From contig NC_090396.1 of assembly GCF_036365525.1 (NCBI RefSeq), positions 28,496,283 through 28,560,282 on the forward strand: DNA of 64,000 nucleotides, written 5' to 3'. This stretch comes from Heterodontus francisci (taxonomy: Eukaryota). Below are positions 1 through 13,755 of this stretch, one piece after another. Both the position numbers and the translations under genes were made by a program. Every line of letters starts with the position of its first letter. Within the stretch, counting starts at the first letter, position 1. The notes beneath the pieces are model-generated. The model saw only the letters and a list, made by a program, of their open reading frames with translations. It did not search any database and was not told the DNA's origin.

Positions 1-74
1 CACCATGATAAAAAAAAACTCTAATCTCTCTCATAGTGCTGTTTCTGCGCACTCAATAAGAAGTGGTATCGTAA

Positions 75-380
75 ATAGTAGATGGGAGCAAAAAGTTTCA
101 AAAGGACAGATAGATTGAGTGAGTGGGCAAAAATGTGGTAGCTGGAGTTCAAGTGGGAAAGTGTGAGGTCATCCACTTTGGACCTAAGAAAGACAGATCA
201 GAGTATTTTCTAAATAGGGAGAAGCTAGAAACTGCGGATGAGTAAGATTTAGGGGTTGAAGTACAAAAATCACTAAAAGCTAGTGGGCAGATAAAAAAGT
301 AATTAAAAAGACCATTGGGATGTTGGGCTTTCTCTCAGGGCTGGAATATAAATGGGTGGAAGTTACATTACACATGTACA
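75..380 (+). mobile_element. CR1 ORF2 fragment
   Basis: KCEVIHFG-type motif (aagtgtgaggtcatccactttgg). Confidence 0.6.
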
Positions 381-424
381 GACTTGGCTTTTATTTCCAT
401 GAGTATAGGCGAAAGAGATGAATT

Positions 425-1485
425 CCAGAGGTGAGATGTGAGTGACTGCCCTTGATATCAAAGCAGCATTTGAGCGAGTATGGCATCAATGAGCTCTAGC
501 AAAATTGAAGCCAATGGGAACCAGGAGAAAAAGTCTCCACTGGTTGGAATCATACCTAGTGCAAAGGAAGATGGTTGTGGTTGTTGGAGGACAATCATCT
601 CAGCCCCAAGGCATCACTGCAGGAGTTCCTCAGGGTAGTGTCCTAGGCCCGAACGTCTTCAGCTGCTTCATCAATGACCTTTCTCCATCATAAGGTCAGA
701 AGTGGGGATGTTCGCTGATGATTGCACAGTATCCAGTATCATTCACGACTCCTCAGATACTGAAGCAGTCCGTGCCATCATGCAGCAAGACCTGGATAAC
801 ATTCAGCTTGGGCTGATAAATGACGAGTAACATTTGTGCCAGACAATTGCCAGGCAATGACCATCTCCAACAAGAGAGAATCTAACCATCTTCCCTTGAC
901 ATTCAATGGGATTACCATCGCTCAATCCCCCACTATCACCATCCTGGGGGTTACCATTGACCAGAAACACAATTGGACCAGCCACATAAATACTGTGGCT
1001 ACAAGAGCAGGTCAGAGGCTGGAAATTCTGCAGTGAGTAACTCACCTCCGGACTTCTGAAAGCCTGTCCACCATTTACAAAGCACAAGTCAAGGGTGTGA
1101 TGGAATACTCTCCACTTGCCTGGATGGGTGCAGCTCCAACAACAGTCAAGAAACTCGACACCATCCAGGACAAAGCAACCCGCTTGATTGGCACCCCATT
1201 CACCGCCTTCAGCATTCAGTCACTTCTCCACTGGCACAAAGGGACAACAGAGTGTACCATATACAAGGTGCACTGCAGCAACTCACTGAGATTCCTATGA
1301 CAGCACCTTCCAAATCTGCAACCTCTGCCACCTAGAAGAACAAAGGCAGCGGATGCATGGGAGCGCCACCACCTGCAAGTTCCGCTTTAAGTCACACACC
1401 ATCCTGACTTGGAGCTATATTGCTGTTGCTTCACCGTCGCTGGATCAAAATCCTGGTACTCCCTCCCTAACAGCACTGTAGGTGT
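425..1485 (+). mobile_element. Fragment of the same CR1-clade LINE family as 60438-62068
   Basis: Colinear RT ([25 protein letters not shown]) with stops. Confidence 0.88.
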
Positions 1486-1649
1486 GTATTCCAGGTGTTG
1501 ATCACTTATTGTGCTAAGAAGTATTTCCTGATATTAATTCTAAAATTACCTTTTACCAGCTTGAACTAGTGTCCCCTAGTTCTATTTTTGCAGTTGTAAC
1601 TTTTGCTACACTGTTAACAATCTCATAACTATTATCTCACCTCTCAGAC

Positions 1650-2000
1650 CTTTCTAGGATGAAGAGTAGATAGGGAGAAACTGTTCCACTCATGAAAGGG
1701 TCGGGAATGAGAGGGCACAGATTTAAAGTAATTGGCAAAAGAAACAAAAACAACAGGAGGAAAAACTTTTTCATGCAGCGAGCAGTTGAGATTTGGAATG
1801 CACTGCCTGAGAGTGTGGTGCAGGCAGGTTCAGTCGAGGCATTCAAAAGGTAATTAGACTGTTATCTAAAAAGGAAGAATGTGCAGGGTTACAGGGAGAG
1901 GACAGAGAGCACTAGGCGAATTACTCATTTGGAGATCTGGTGCAGACATGATGGGCTGAATGGCCTCATTCTGTGCTGTAATAATTTTGTGATTCTGTAA
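1650..2000 (+). mobile_element. CR1 3' end
   Basis: WNALPESVV motif; tail atgggctgaatggcctcattctgtgctgta...gattct. Confidence 0.75.
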
Positions 2001-4836
2001 TGAAAAGCACAAGTTTCTGCAGTATTTCCTCATAACTCAAGCCTTAGGGATCAGTCTTGTCGCTCTTCTCTTCAATACCTGAATGCCTCTCTCGTTTCTT
2101 GGTGACCACAACTGAATGCATTATTCAAGGTGTAGTCTAACCAGAGCACAGTCCAGGTTGTTCACTATCCCCTTTGGCTTATATTTTATTGTTGTGGCTG
2201 TATAGTTCAACATCCTATTGGCTTTGTTCTTTACCACAGATTAAGAGCGTGCAGGTAGAGCGGGAATGGGTGACCGCTAAGCAGTCTAGAAAGACCAGGC
2301 CAGTAGTGCAGGAGTCCTCTGGGTCTGCCTCACTCACTAAACAGTTTTCTGTTTTGGATAGGGTGATGGTCCATCATAGGAATATAGCAAGAGCCAAATT
2401 TGTGGTACAACAAGTGGCTCAGCTGCACAGGTGGGGGGAAGAAGAGTGAAAGGGCAATAGTGGTAGACAATTTGATAGTGGAAGACAAGCGTTTCTGTGG
2501 TCATGGACATGATGTTGCCTCCCTGGTGCCAGTGTCAGGGATGTCACAGAATGGCTGCAGGACATTCTTTCAGGGGAGGGTGAACAGCCAAAAATCGTGG
2601 TCCACATTGGCACCAATGACCATAGGTAGAAAGAGGGATGAGGTCCTGAAAGCAGAATTTAGGGAGCTAGGAAGGAGATTGAAAAGCAGGACATCTAAGG
2701 CAATAATTTCAGGATTATTCCCAGAACCACATGCTAGTGAATATAGATATAGGAAGATTGAGCGAATTAACATGTGGCTGGAAAAATGGTATAGGAGGGA
2801 GGACTTTAGATTCCTGGGGCATTGGGACCGGTTCTGCAACAGGTGGGACCTGTACGAGATGGATGGGTTACACCTTAACAGGACCGGGAGGAATATTTTC
2901 GTAGGGAGATTTGCTGGTGCTGTTGGGGAGGGTTTAAACTAGTTTGTCAGGGGGTTCAGATAGGAGAAAAACAAAGCTGGTTATGGGAAGTAGAAAAGCT
3001 GTGAATGAAAGTGGAAAGCAGCAGAAACAAATGCTGGAACCAACCAGGGACAAAATACAGAATAGAGTTAAAAAGGTGGAATTAAAGGCACTCTATCTGA
3101 ATGCACGCAGCATTCGCAACAAGGTAGGTGAGTTGATGGTGCAAGTAGAAGTAAACGGGTATGATTTTATTGCCATTACAGAGACGTGGCTGCAGGGTGA
3201 CCAAAACTGGGAACTGAATATTAAAGGATATTTGACATTTAGGAAGGGCAGGCAAAAAGGAAAAGGAGGTGGGGTAGTGCTGATAATAAGGGATGGGATC
3301 AGTGAATTAGTGAGAGAGGATGCTCGATCGGAAGAACAGGATGTAGAATCTGTTTGGGTGGACCTAAGAGACAGCAAGGGGCAACAATTATTGGTAGGAG
3401 TGGTTTACAGGCCACCAAACAGTGGTAATGTAGGGAATGATATAAATAAGGAAATTAGAAGTGTATGTATCAGGAGCAATGCAGTAATCATGGGTGATTT
3501 CAATCTACATCTAGACTGGGTAAATCTAATGAGCACCAATGATGTGGAAGAAGAATTCCTGGAATGTGTCTGAGATGGTTTTCTGGAGCAATATGTTGAG
3601 GAACCAACTAGTGAACAGGCTATTTTGGATCTAGTATTATGCAATAAGAAAGGGTTAATTAATAATCTGGCGGTAAAAGAACCTTTAGGGAAAAGTGACC
3701 ATAGTATGATATAATTTTCCATTAAGTTTTAAAAATGCGTAGATCAATCAGAAATTAGAGTCTTAAATCTAAACAAGGGCTATTATGAGGGTATGAGGAG
3801 CAAGTTGACCATGATGGATTGGAAAAATACATTAAAAGGTTTGATGGTAGATAGGCAATGGTTAGTATTTAAAGAATTATTGCATGGTTTTCAAAAAACA
3901 AACATTCCTTTAATGCAAAAGAGCCCATAAGGGAAAGCAAGTCAGCCGTAGCTAACAAAGGAAGTTAAAGATAGTGTTAGATCAAAGGGGGAAGCTTATA
4001 AAGTTGTCAAAAAAGTCATAAGCTGGAGGATTGGGAGAATTTTAGAATCCAGTAAAGGAGGACCAAGAAATTGATAAAGAAAGAGAGAATAGAATATGAA
4101 CATAAACTAGCAAGAAATATAAATATGGATTGTAAAAGTTTCTATAGTTATGTAAAAAGGAAAAAAATTGGCAAAGACAAATGTGGGTCCATTAAAGGCA
4201 GAGACAGGAGAATTTATAATGGAAAATAGAGAAATAGCAGAGAATCTAAGTAATTACTTTGTGTCGGTCTTCACGGAGGAAGATACAAGACGTCTCCCTG
4301 AAATAATTGAGATCCAAGGGTCTAGTGAGAATGAGGAACTGAAAGAAATTAGGATTAGTAAAAAAGTAGTATTGAAGAAATTAATGGGACTGAAAGTTGT
4401 CAAATCCCGAGGACCCTATGATCTTCACCCTAGAGTGTTGAAAGAGATGGCTACAGAGATAGTGGATGCATTGGTGATCATCTTTCAAAATTCTCTTCAT
4501 TCTGCAATGGTGCCTGCAGATTGGAAGGTTGAAAATGTAACCCCACTGTTTAAGAAAGGAGGGAGAGAGAAAACGGAACTACAGACCTGTTAGCCTGACG
4601 CTGGTAGTTGGGAAAATACTAGAATCTATTAGAAAGGATGTGATTACTGGACTCTTAGAAAATCATGGTCTGATTGGGCAGAGTCAACATGGAGGTATGA
4701 AGTGGAAATCATGTTTGACAAACTTAAGAGTTTTTTGTGGGTGTGACTAGCAGAGTGGATAAGTGGGAACCAGTGGATGTGGTGTATTTGGACTTTCAGA
4801 AGGCTTTTGATAAAATCCCACATAGGCGGTTACTAT

Positions 4837-5749
4837 TGTTACGACCAGGTGAGAAGTGGTTTAGGGTTTCCCCTCAGCCTTTGCCTGGTTTCACCGTAAC
4901 AGGATTTAATTTTAAAACACAGTGTTTTCAGCTCTTCTTTAGTGAATCCTTGTTCACTGCTCCAATTGTAAGTCAAAGAAATCAGACAGGTTTCCTTAGA
5001 TTTGAACAAGAAAGGTGGAAGTTTATTAATCTTAAACTCTAATCCTGTTAACGACTACGAATATGCAACGTGACCATGCTAGCATGCATACGTAATAAAA
5101 GCACACGCAGACAGAGAAAGAAAACGTAGAAGGAATAGAGGGGAAAGATTTGACGCAATATCAGGGTTATAATTTCAATTCTTTGAGTTCAATGTGGAGT
5201 CTTTGGTTGCCAGTGAGTCTTGCAATTCGTTGGGGCCCAGTTCAAACTTCAACTTGTCTTGATGTCAGAGTCTTTTCTCTCTTGAGGTTTACATGTCTTC
5301 CGCGGATCTGGTGGCTTGGGAGAAAGTGAGAGAGAGACAGCCAGGAGAGCGGCTTGCTTGTTCGATCTTCAGTTGCAAACTGCCTCTGTCTTTGTGTGTG
5401 GCACAATTCAAAAAACCTGAGGTTGCCCAGCAGGTTAGTCCTGTGACTAGCTCCTTATTTGGAACAGTCTTTCCTGTGAGGTTTGTGGATTGGATTACTT
5501 TAGCAGTCTCTGGAATGTGCTTCCTTACACCTTCAATGTCTGGTGATCAAAATCCATTTGGGTTAATTGGAGCAGGGAATAGTCATTTGTCTCCACAAGC
5601 AGCATCTCTTAGTATGCAAATGTCCTTCCAGTCCAGTGTCTGGTGATCTTCAAACAAGTCATTTCTTTACTCCAGCAACAGTTTAAACTCAATGTTCATA
5701 TGACAGAATTAATATGCCTCATTCTTGGCAGGTGGGGGTCTGCGTAACC
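4837..5749. mobile_element. Solo LTR (family A), copy 1
   Basis: TGTTACGACCAGG...GGTGGGGGTCTGCGTAAC interrupts CR1 RT at HRRLL|CKIKAHGI; imperfect TSD CTAT/ATAT. Confidence 0.8.
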
Positions 5750-5942
5750 ATATGCAAAATTAAAGCACACGGGATAGGGGGTAATATACCAGCACGGACT
5801 GAAGATTGGGTAACAGACAGAAAGCAGAGAGTAGAAATAAATGGGTCAAGTTGTGACCAGTGGGGTACCGCAAGGATCAGTGCTTGGGCCCCAGCTGTTC
5901 ATGATCTATATCAATGATTTGGATGTGGGGACCAATTGTGAT

Positions 5943-6886
5943 TGTCATGCAGACCCCCACCTGCCAAGAATGAGGCATATGAATTTCATCATATGAATAT
6001 TAATTTTAAACTGTTGCTGGAGTGAAGGAATGACTTATTTGAAGATCACCAGACACTTGGTTGGAAGAACATTTGCATACTAAGAGACAGTGCTTTGAGA
6101 GAAAAAGGAATTGCTCACTTATTCAATTAACAGAGATTGGTCTGGGCAATGGTTCCACATCTTGTCAGTACGAGACAGCACTACAACAAAACACCACCCC
6201 CTCCCCCCCAACCCCACCCCGACCAAGAGCTTTGAAATCCACAAACGCAGGAGTGGTTAAGCCAGTTAGTCATATGACTAACCTGCTGGCCAACTTGGAA
6301 TTTTGAATTCTGCCACATAGAAAGGAACGGAAGGCAGTTTGCAACTGAAGCTGGAACAAGCAAGCCGCTCTCCTGGCTGTCTCTCTCTCTCTGCTTTCTC
6401 CCAAGCCACTGGACCCATGGAAGACTCGTAAACCTCAAAAGAGAAAAGACTCCAACATTGAAACAAGTTGAAGCGTGCACTGGGCCCCAATGATTTGCAG
6501 GACTTACCGGCAACCAAAGACTCCACATTGAACGTAAAGGACTGCAATTATAATCCCGATATTGCCTCAAACCTTTCCCCTTTATTCTTTTCTACTTTTT
6601 CTGTCTCTATCTGCGTGTGTCTTTATCACGTATGCTTGCTAGCGTGGTCGCGTTGCATATTTGTAGTCGTTAACTGGATTAAAATTTAAGATTAATAAAC
6701 TTCCACCTTTTTTGTTTAAATCTAAGGAAACCTGTCTGATCTCTTTGCCCTACAATTGGAGCAGTGAACAAGGATTCACTGAGGGGGAGCTAAAAACACA
6801 GTGTTTCTAAGATTAAACCCTCTTAGGGTGAAACCAGGCAAATGCTGAGAGGGAACCCCGAGACCCCTTATCACCTGGTCGTAACA
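5943..6886. mobile_element. Solo LTR (family A), copy 2, opposite orientation to copy 1
   Basis: TGTCATGCAGACCCCCACC...CCTGGTCGTAACA, a reverse-complement homolog of 4837-5749; TSD GTGAT/GTAAT; inserted just before KFADD. Confidence 0.85.
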
Positions 6887-8119
6887 GTAATATTTCCAAG
6901 TTTGCAGATGACACAAGACATGGTGGGAATGTGAGTTGTGAGGAGGATGCAAACAAGGAGATTTGGACAGGCTGAGTGAGTGAGCGAGAACATGGCAGAT
7001 GGAATATAATGTGGATAAGTGTGAGGTTATCCACTTTGGTAGAAGGAACACAGATGCAGAGTATTTCTTAAATGATGAAAGGGTGGAAAGTGTTGATGTC
7101 CAAAGGGACCTAGGTGTCCTTGTTCATAAGTTACTGAAAGCTAACATGCAGGTGCAGCAAGCAATTAGGAAGGCAAATGGTGTGTTAGCCTTTATTGCAA
7201 GAGGATTTGAGTACAGGAGCAAAGAAGTCTTACTTCAATTGTATAGAGCATTGGTGAGGCTACACCTGGAATATTGTGTGCAGTTTTGGTCCTCTTGCCT
7301 GAGGAAGGAAATACTTGCCATAGAGGGAATGCAGCGGAGTTCATCAGACTGATTCCTGGGATGGTGGGATTGTTGATTGAGGAGACTGGGCCAGTATTCT
7401 CTGGAGTTTAGAAGAATGTGAGGTGATCTCATAGAAACTTACAAAATTCTTAAAGGGATAGACAGGGTAGATGCAGAAAGGATGTTTCCTCTGGCTGTGA
7501 GGTCCAGACCCAGGTGACACAATCTCAGAATAATGGGCAAGCCATTTAGGACTGAGATGAGGAGGAACTTCTTCACTCAGAGGGTGGTGAATCTTTGAAA
7601 TTCAGTGTTATCCAATGAACTGCCACATGTAGCTCACTGTGAATCCAGATGTGGCCAATCACCTATTAGTAAATAAAAAGAGTGATAGATACTGGGAAAC
7701 TTGATATTCATATTTTCACACCATATGCCTTTGTTGGTGAAGTGGTAAGACAAAAAAACAGCATATGATGCATCATATTCGCGGGCTATACTTCAGCCCT
7801 TCTATCTCACTCCTACCAGAGTGTGACGATGGAAGGCCATGGAATGTTGGTCTTTTTCAAGTTCAATCTCAGACATATTAAATAGGGACCAACTTCCCTG
7901 GCATTTCAGTGAAATAATAGTGGCTGCTGCGGCATCTTGCTGAATGACTTACAGTGAACAAATGTGTAAAAATTGGGGGAAGGACCATGGTATTAAAAAA
8001 AAAACTAAAGGTATCGAATTGTTGTGTGTCTCCTAGCATTTCAAAAATGTATGATGTGTCAAATGTTTGAAATTGATGCAACTTGAGAATTGAAAGGCTC
8101 TGAAATATTTCATTAACAG

Positions 8120-8242
8120 GCCTCACCGGATTGGATAAACGCTTTGTGGCATTCAATGGAGGTTTCAGTCAGGAGCAGTTGGTTTGGCTAAACAAAGTAC
8201 TAACTTTCTCAGATAGTAACCAGGAGAAGGTTACAGTTGCTG
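8120..8242 (+). CDS. ADPRM: ADPRM (Mn-dependent ADP-ribose/CDP-alcohol diphosphatase), penultimate coding exon
   Basis: ttaacag| acceptor and |gtaagt donor, 123 nt, phase 1-1. Translates (G)[40 protein letters not shown], matching recalled human [32 protein letters not shown]. Splices in frame to 25681. Absent from the ORF track. Upstream exons lie outside the window. Confidence 0.93.
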
Positions 8243-8307
8243 GTAAGTCATGGTTTAGAAAAATATATGTAAGCATAGAACTTTTATGCATATGTCCATA
8301 AGACAGT

Positions 8308-11020
8308 CTTCTTCTTTGGCCTCCTTGTCTCGAGAGACAATGGGTAAGCGCCTAGAGGAAGTCAGTGGTTTGTGGAGCAGCGCCTGGAATGGCTATAAAG
8401 GCCAATTCTAGCGTGACAGACTCTTCCACAGGTGCTGTAGATAAAATTGGTTGTCGGGGCTGTTACACAGTTGGCTCTCTCTTTGCGCTTCTGTCTTTTT
8501 TCCTGCCAACTGCTAAGTCACTTTGATTCGCCACTCTTTAGCCCTGCCTTTACGGCTGTCCGCCAGCTCTGGCGATCGCTGGGAACTGACTCCCACGACT
8601 TGTGGTCAATGTCACAGGACTTCATGTCGCATTTGCAGATGTCTTTAAAGCGGAGACATGGACAGCCGGTGGGTCTGATACCAGTGACGAGCTCGCTGTA
8701 CAATGCGTCTTTGGGGATCCTGCCATCTTCCATGCGGCTCACATGGCCAAGCCATCTCAAGCGCCCTGGCTCAATAGGGGATGTTGGCCACCTCAAGGAC
8801 TGAGTTGGAGATACGGTCCTGCCAAGGATTCTCCGGAGGCAGTGAAGATGGAATGAATTGAGACGTCGCTCTTGGCTGACATACGTTGTCCAGGCCTCAC
8901 TGCCGTAGAGCAAGGTACTGAGGACACAGGCTTGAAACACTCGGACTTTTGTGTTCTGTGTCAGTGCGCCATTTTCCCACACTCTCTTGGCCAGTCTGGA
9001 CCTAGCAGCAGATGTCTTTCCCATGCACCTGTTGACTTCTGCATCGAGAGACAGGTGATAGTTGAGCCTAGGTAGGTGAACTCTTGAACCACTTCCAGAG
9101 CGTGGTCACCGATATTGATGGATGGAGCATTTCTGACGTCCTGTCCCATGATGTTCGTTTTCTTGAGGCTGATGGTTAGGCCAAATTTGTTGCAGGCAGC
9201 CGCAATCCTGTCGATGAGTCTCTGCAGACACTCTTCAGTGTGGGATGTTAATGCAGCATCGTCAGCAAAGAGGAGTTCCCTGATGAGGACCTTCCATACT
9301 ATGGTCTTCGCTCTTAGACGGGCAAGGTTGAACAGCCTGCCATCTGATCTTGTGTGGAGGAAAATTCCTTCTTCTGAGGACTTGAACGCATGTGAGAGCA
9401 GCAGTGAGAAGATGATCCCAAATAGTGAAGGTGTGAGAACACAGCCCTGTTTCATGCCACTCAGGATAGGAAAGGGGTCTGATGAGGCACGCTATGCTGA
9501 ATTGTGCCTTTCATATTGTCATGGAATGAGGTGATGATACTTAGTAGCTTTAGTGGACATCCGATCTTTGCTAGTAGTCTGAAGGGACCACGTCTGCTGA
9601 CAAGATCAAAGGCTTTGGTGAGATCTATGAAAGCAACGTAGAGGGGCATCCGTTGTTCGTGGCATTTCTCCTGTAGCTGGCGAAGGGAGAACAGCATATC
9701 AATGGTGGATCTCTCTGCTCGAAAGCCGCACTGTGCCTCAGGGTAGACGCGCTCAGCCAGCTTCTGGAGTCTGTTCAAAATGACTCGAGCGAAGACTTTC
9801 CCCACAATGCTGAGCAGGGAGATTCCACGGTAGTTGTTGCAGTCACCGCGGTCACCCTTGTTCTTATAGAGGGTGATGATATTGACATCGCGCATGTCCT
9901 GTGGTACTGCTCCCTCATCCCAGCACAGGCAAAGCAGTTCATGGAGTGCTGAGAGTATAGCAGGCTTGGCACTCTTGATAATTTCAGGGGTAATGCCGTC
10001 CTTTCCAGGGGCTTTTCCACTGGTTAGAGAATCAATGACATCACTGAGTTCCAATTTTGTTGGCTGTTCGTCCAGCTCATCCATGACTGGCAGAGACTGC
10101 GAGAGTTGTGTACCTATCACAACCTCTGCATCACCAACTCGTTCTTTCATACTAAACCCTGTCACCAGGTTTCATGGAGGCACCCAAGATTATGCTGTTG
10201 GCACCAGCTGGACCTCATCACAAAACAGTGTCCAAATCATGCGCAGCTTCCAGAGTACAGACTGCGACAGTGACCACTCCCTGGTGTGCAGCAAAGTTAG
10301 ACACAAACCAAAGAAGCTGCATCACTCCAAGCAGAAGGGCCACCTGCGCATCAACACTAACAGAATTTCTTATCCACAGCTGTTACATAAGTTTCTAAAT
10401 TCACTTGAAAAAGCCCTTCAAAACACTCCTCCTGGGGATGCAGAGACGAAGTGGGCCCACATCTGAGACGCCATCTATGACTCAGCAATGACCACCTTTG
10501 GCAAATGTGAGAAGCAGAATGCAGACTGGTTTCAATCTCACTTTGAAGAGATGGAACCTGTCATAGCCACTAAGCACACTGCACTGTTGAACTGCAAAGC
10601 AGCCCCCAGCAAGTTAACATCTGTAGCACTTAAAGTAGCCAGAAGCGCTGCACAAAGAACAGCCAGGCGCTGTGCACATGACTACTGGCAACACCTATGC
10701 AGTTGTATTCAGCTGGCCTCTGACACCGGAAACATCAGAGGAATGTATGATGGCATCAAGAGAGCTTTTGGGCCAACCATCAAGAAGATCGCCCCCCTCA
10801 AATCTAAATCAGGGGACACGATCACTGACCAACGCAGGCAAATGGACCACTGGGTGGACCACTACCTAAAACTGTACTCCAAGGAAAATGTTGTCACTGA
10901 TTCTGCCCTCAATGCAGCCCAGTCTCTGCCAGTCATGGATGAGCTGGACAAACAGCCAACAAAATCAGAACCGTTGATTCTCTAGCCAGTGGAAAAGCCC
11001 CTGGAAAGGACGGCATTACC
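8308..11020. mobile_element. RTE-clade LINE with 5' inversion (3' part on minus at 8308-~10100; 5' part on plus at ~10101-11020)
   Basis: RTE RT (NYRGISLLSIVGKV, AFIDLTKAFD, KQGCVL, LLFADD, RLRWLGHVSRM); (GAA)n tail; 12-bp TSD CCATAAGACAGT at 8296-8307 and 11021-11032. Confidence 0.92.
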
Positions 11021-11236
11021 CCATAAGACAGTATCAATCATACAATATTATAGATTTGACTGGAATCAAAAATCAACACACTAGGATCGCTGTCTGTTTG
11101 TACAACATCTCAATGAAAGCTTTGGCTCAAATATTAAATGTTTTTCACAAGGAATATTGCACCATATTTAATGAGGGAAGAATAGTTTATTCTTAAATTG
11201 TTTACCAACAGTTCAAAGCTAATTGATAATCCCCTT

Positions 11237-12274
11237 TGCTACAAGGGGTTTATTTTTGTACTAAAATCTTAGAAGTCTGTGTGTTTTAAAAAACTGAAAA
11301 AGGATTTTCAGTGGACATGGATACCTGCAAATAGCTGCATTTTTTGGATGTTGACTTTGTATACAATAGGAAAAGCAAGCAGTTTCAAGGAAGCCAGCCA
11401 GGGATTTTGACCTCCTCAGAACAACACTTTGAATGACAGGGAGACTATGTCTGGTCATGTGATCAGTTCAGGATGGCTTACTTTCACTTTCGACCCTTTT
11501 AAAAACCAGTGAGTTGGACAAAGAGCAGGCATTTGAAATTTGGTTTTTGACCTACCTGCCTGGAGATCAAAGTGGAAGACCCAGAAAAAGACCTCTCTCT
11601 ATATAGGAGACTTGCATCTGTATTTGAAAGGTGGCAGATTCCTGTTGCCTCCTGTCTCTGAAGAATTCCTGCATTCAGTGTAGTTCCTGTTGCCTCCTGT
11701 GTTTTTGGAAATCCTGGAACCTGAAGAAAGCTTCTGCTGCTGTATTGCTGCTGTGAGTCCAAAGTAGACTTGTTGCTACACCCCTGCTGAAAGACCTATG
11801 TGACACCTGCTGTAGTCAAATTGCCTTGAACGCCTACCCATCACAGACTGCTCAACAGCCTTGCCGGGAGAGACTTAGAGTGCATCTGACTATTCGACTC
11901 TAGGACACCTCACTCAATTGAAGAATTTCCTACCAGAACGTGACAAACTGAATTGTTTTATTATCACTTTTAAAAAGCTGTAAATCAAAAATCATTTTTT
12001 TGCATGTGTGTGTGTGTGCATGAGGGCTAGGGAAATAAGGAGCTTTTCATATATATAGATTTATCTCATTAGTGGTTAAGCCTTATTTTTTTCCTAAGAA
12101 ATAGTTAATGTTGTTGTTGTTTAAAGAAACCTGGTTGGTGTGCTTTTTTCTGGGGGACAAATGGAATATTTAATTGGCTATTCTTCGGTAGGTTGGAAAA
12201 TGTATTGATATGCTGTGACCCATGGAGAAGTGGGACTAAATTAACAGTGGATTTCTCCCGCCATGGTCAAAACA
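11237..12274 (+). mobile_element. Solo LTR related to the Gmr1-like Gypsy LTR
   Basis: TG...ACA with CCTT on both flanks; its 3' end is a reverse-complement homolog of the LTR ends starting at 27960 and 30105. Confidence 0.7.
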
Positions 12275-12898
12275 CCTTTCATTAACACATGCATTGGGAT
12301 TGTGCTAGTTACTCCAAACATTTCTAGGTTCCCAAGTTACCAGTTTTCTGATTACTCATTACACACAACATACAGAAGAAATGTTCGCCTATTTGTTTAC
12401 AAATTGAGACACTTTTAACTATTGAAATCATGATTTTGCTAACCTTATTTTTCTTTTAATGTAATTTTCTTTTTAACATTTAAATATGTTATGAATTGCA
12501 AAGCAAACTTAGAAGTTTTAATTTATTTTCATTTGCTAGTTTTTTTTTGTGTTTTTTGATATCAGTCATTTATGGTGTTAAATAAAAACAACTTGAATAT
12601 TGTTAATCATTCCCTGCTCCACTCCCTCATCCCCATTGTCTTCAAATGAGGAAGGCCTAAAGCTCATAGAGGTCAATAAAACGATGATTGCCACCGAATG
12701 CGGCAAAGTTTCCCGGGTGAACACGCCTGCAGTCTTCCACCTAACCATAATGCCCAGCCCTAATAGGCCTGTACACACACTGTGCATAGGACTCATTATG
12801 AGGAAAAAACAATGAGGGGTGCTTCCATAATGTACCTGGAGCATCTTACAGCCCCACAGCAAATATTTGTCATAGAGTCATTACAGCACAGAAAGAGG

Positions 12899-13248
12899 CC
12901 ACAGTGGCGCAGTGGTTAGCACCGCAGCCTCACAGCTCCAGGGACCTGGGTTCGATTCCGGGTACTGCCTGTGTGGAGTTTGCAAGTTCTCCCTGTGTCT
13001 GCGTGGGTTTTCTCCGGGTGCTTCTGTTTCCTCCCACAAGCCAAAAGACTTGCAGGTTGATAGGTAAATTGGCCATTATAAATTGTCACTAGTATAGGTA
13101 GGTGGTAGGGAAATATAGGGACAGGTGGGGATGTTTGGTAGGAATATGGGATTAGTGTAGGATTAGTATAAATGGGTGGTTGATGTTCGGCACAGACTCG
13201 GTGGGCCGAAGGGCCTGTTTCAGTGCTGTATCTCTAATCAAAAAAAAA
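12899..13248 (+). mobile_element. HE1-like V-SINE
   Basis: tRNA-like A/B boxes (GTGGCGCAGTGGTTAGC, GGTTCGATTCC), V-domain (TGTGTGGAGTTTGCA...GGTTT...TTTCCTCCCAC) and CR1-type tail GGGCCGAAGGGCCTGTTTCAGTGCTGTA. Confidence 0.9.
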
Positions 13249-13755
13249 GTCCATACCAGCTCTCTGTAGAGCGATCCAGTCAGTCCCATTGCCCCATTTT
13301 ACCCCCCTAGCACTGAAAGTCTATTTCCTTCAAGTGTCCATCCAGTTTCCTTTTGAAATCACTGATCCTCTCCCCATCCACCACCCTCATAGGCAACTGG
13401 CCAGATTTTACCTTAGGCGGACAGGAATTCGCCACCGATGTAAAAGTCGGTGGCGAACCCGCTTCCACCTAGCCTGGACATCCATCCCGCATTTTACAGG
13501 TCCCCGGGCTTTAATTGTCCCGAGGTGGGACTTCCAGCTGCTTGAGGGAGAAAATTCTGCCTCAGTGAGCTGCCGCCCAATCAGTGGGCCGGCAGCCCTT
13601 AGTCCCAGCAGTGCCACTGGGAGCGGTGGCCACTGCTGGGACTGCAGCCCAGCCGATGACATGGTGGCAGGAGGGAAGGTAAGTTGGGCATGCCTCACCA
13701 GGGACATCAGTCATGCCCTGGTGAGGCTAGGGTGGTCATTTGGGGGGGGGGGGGG

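Larger units (their letters stand above)
2235..7605 (+). mobile_element. Near full-length decayed CR1 LINE (ORF1 SGNH-esterase; ORF2 APE endonuclease plus RT), interrupted by two solo LTRs
   Basis: ORF1 ...DGLHLNRTG...GEGLN* (2400-2942). Endonuclease [63 protein letters not shown]. Many stops. Confidence 0.92.

Noticed and set aside
9873-10466. 197-aa ORF
   Set aside because: It crosses the RTE inversion breakpoint (antisense half plus sense half).
12899-12970. tRNA-like sequence (also at 34238, 46197 and about 53760-53826)
   Set aside because: These are SINE heads continuing into a V-domain and LINE tail, not tRNA genes.
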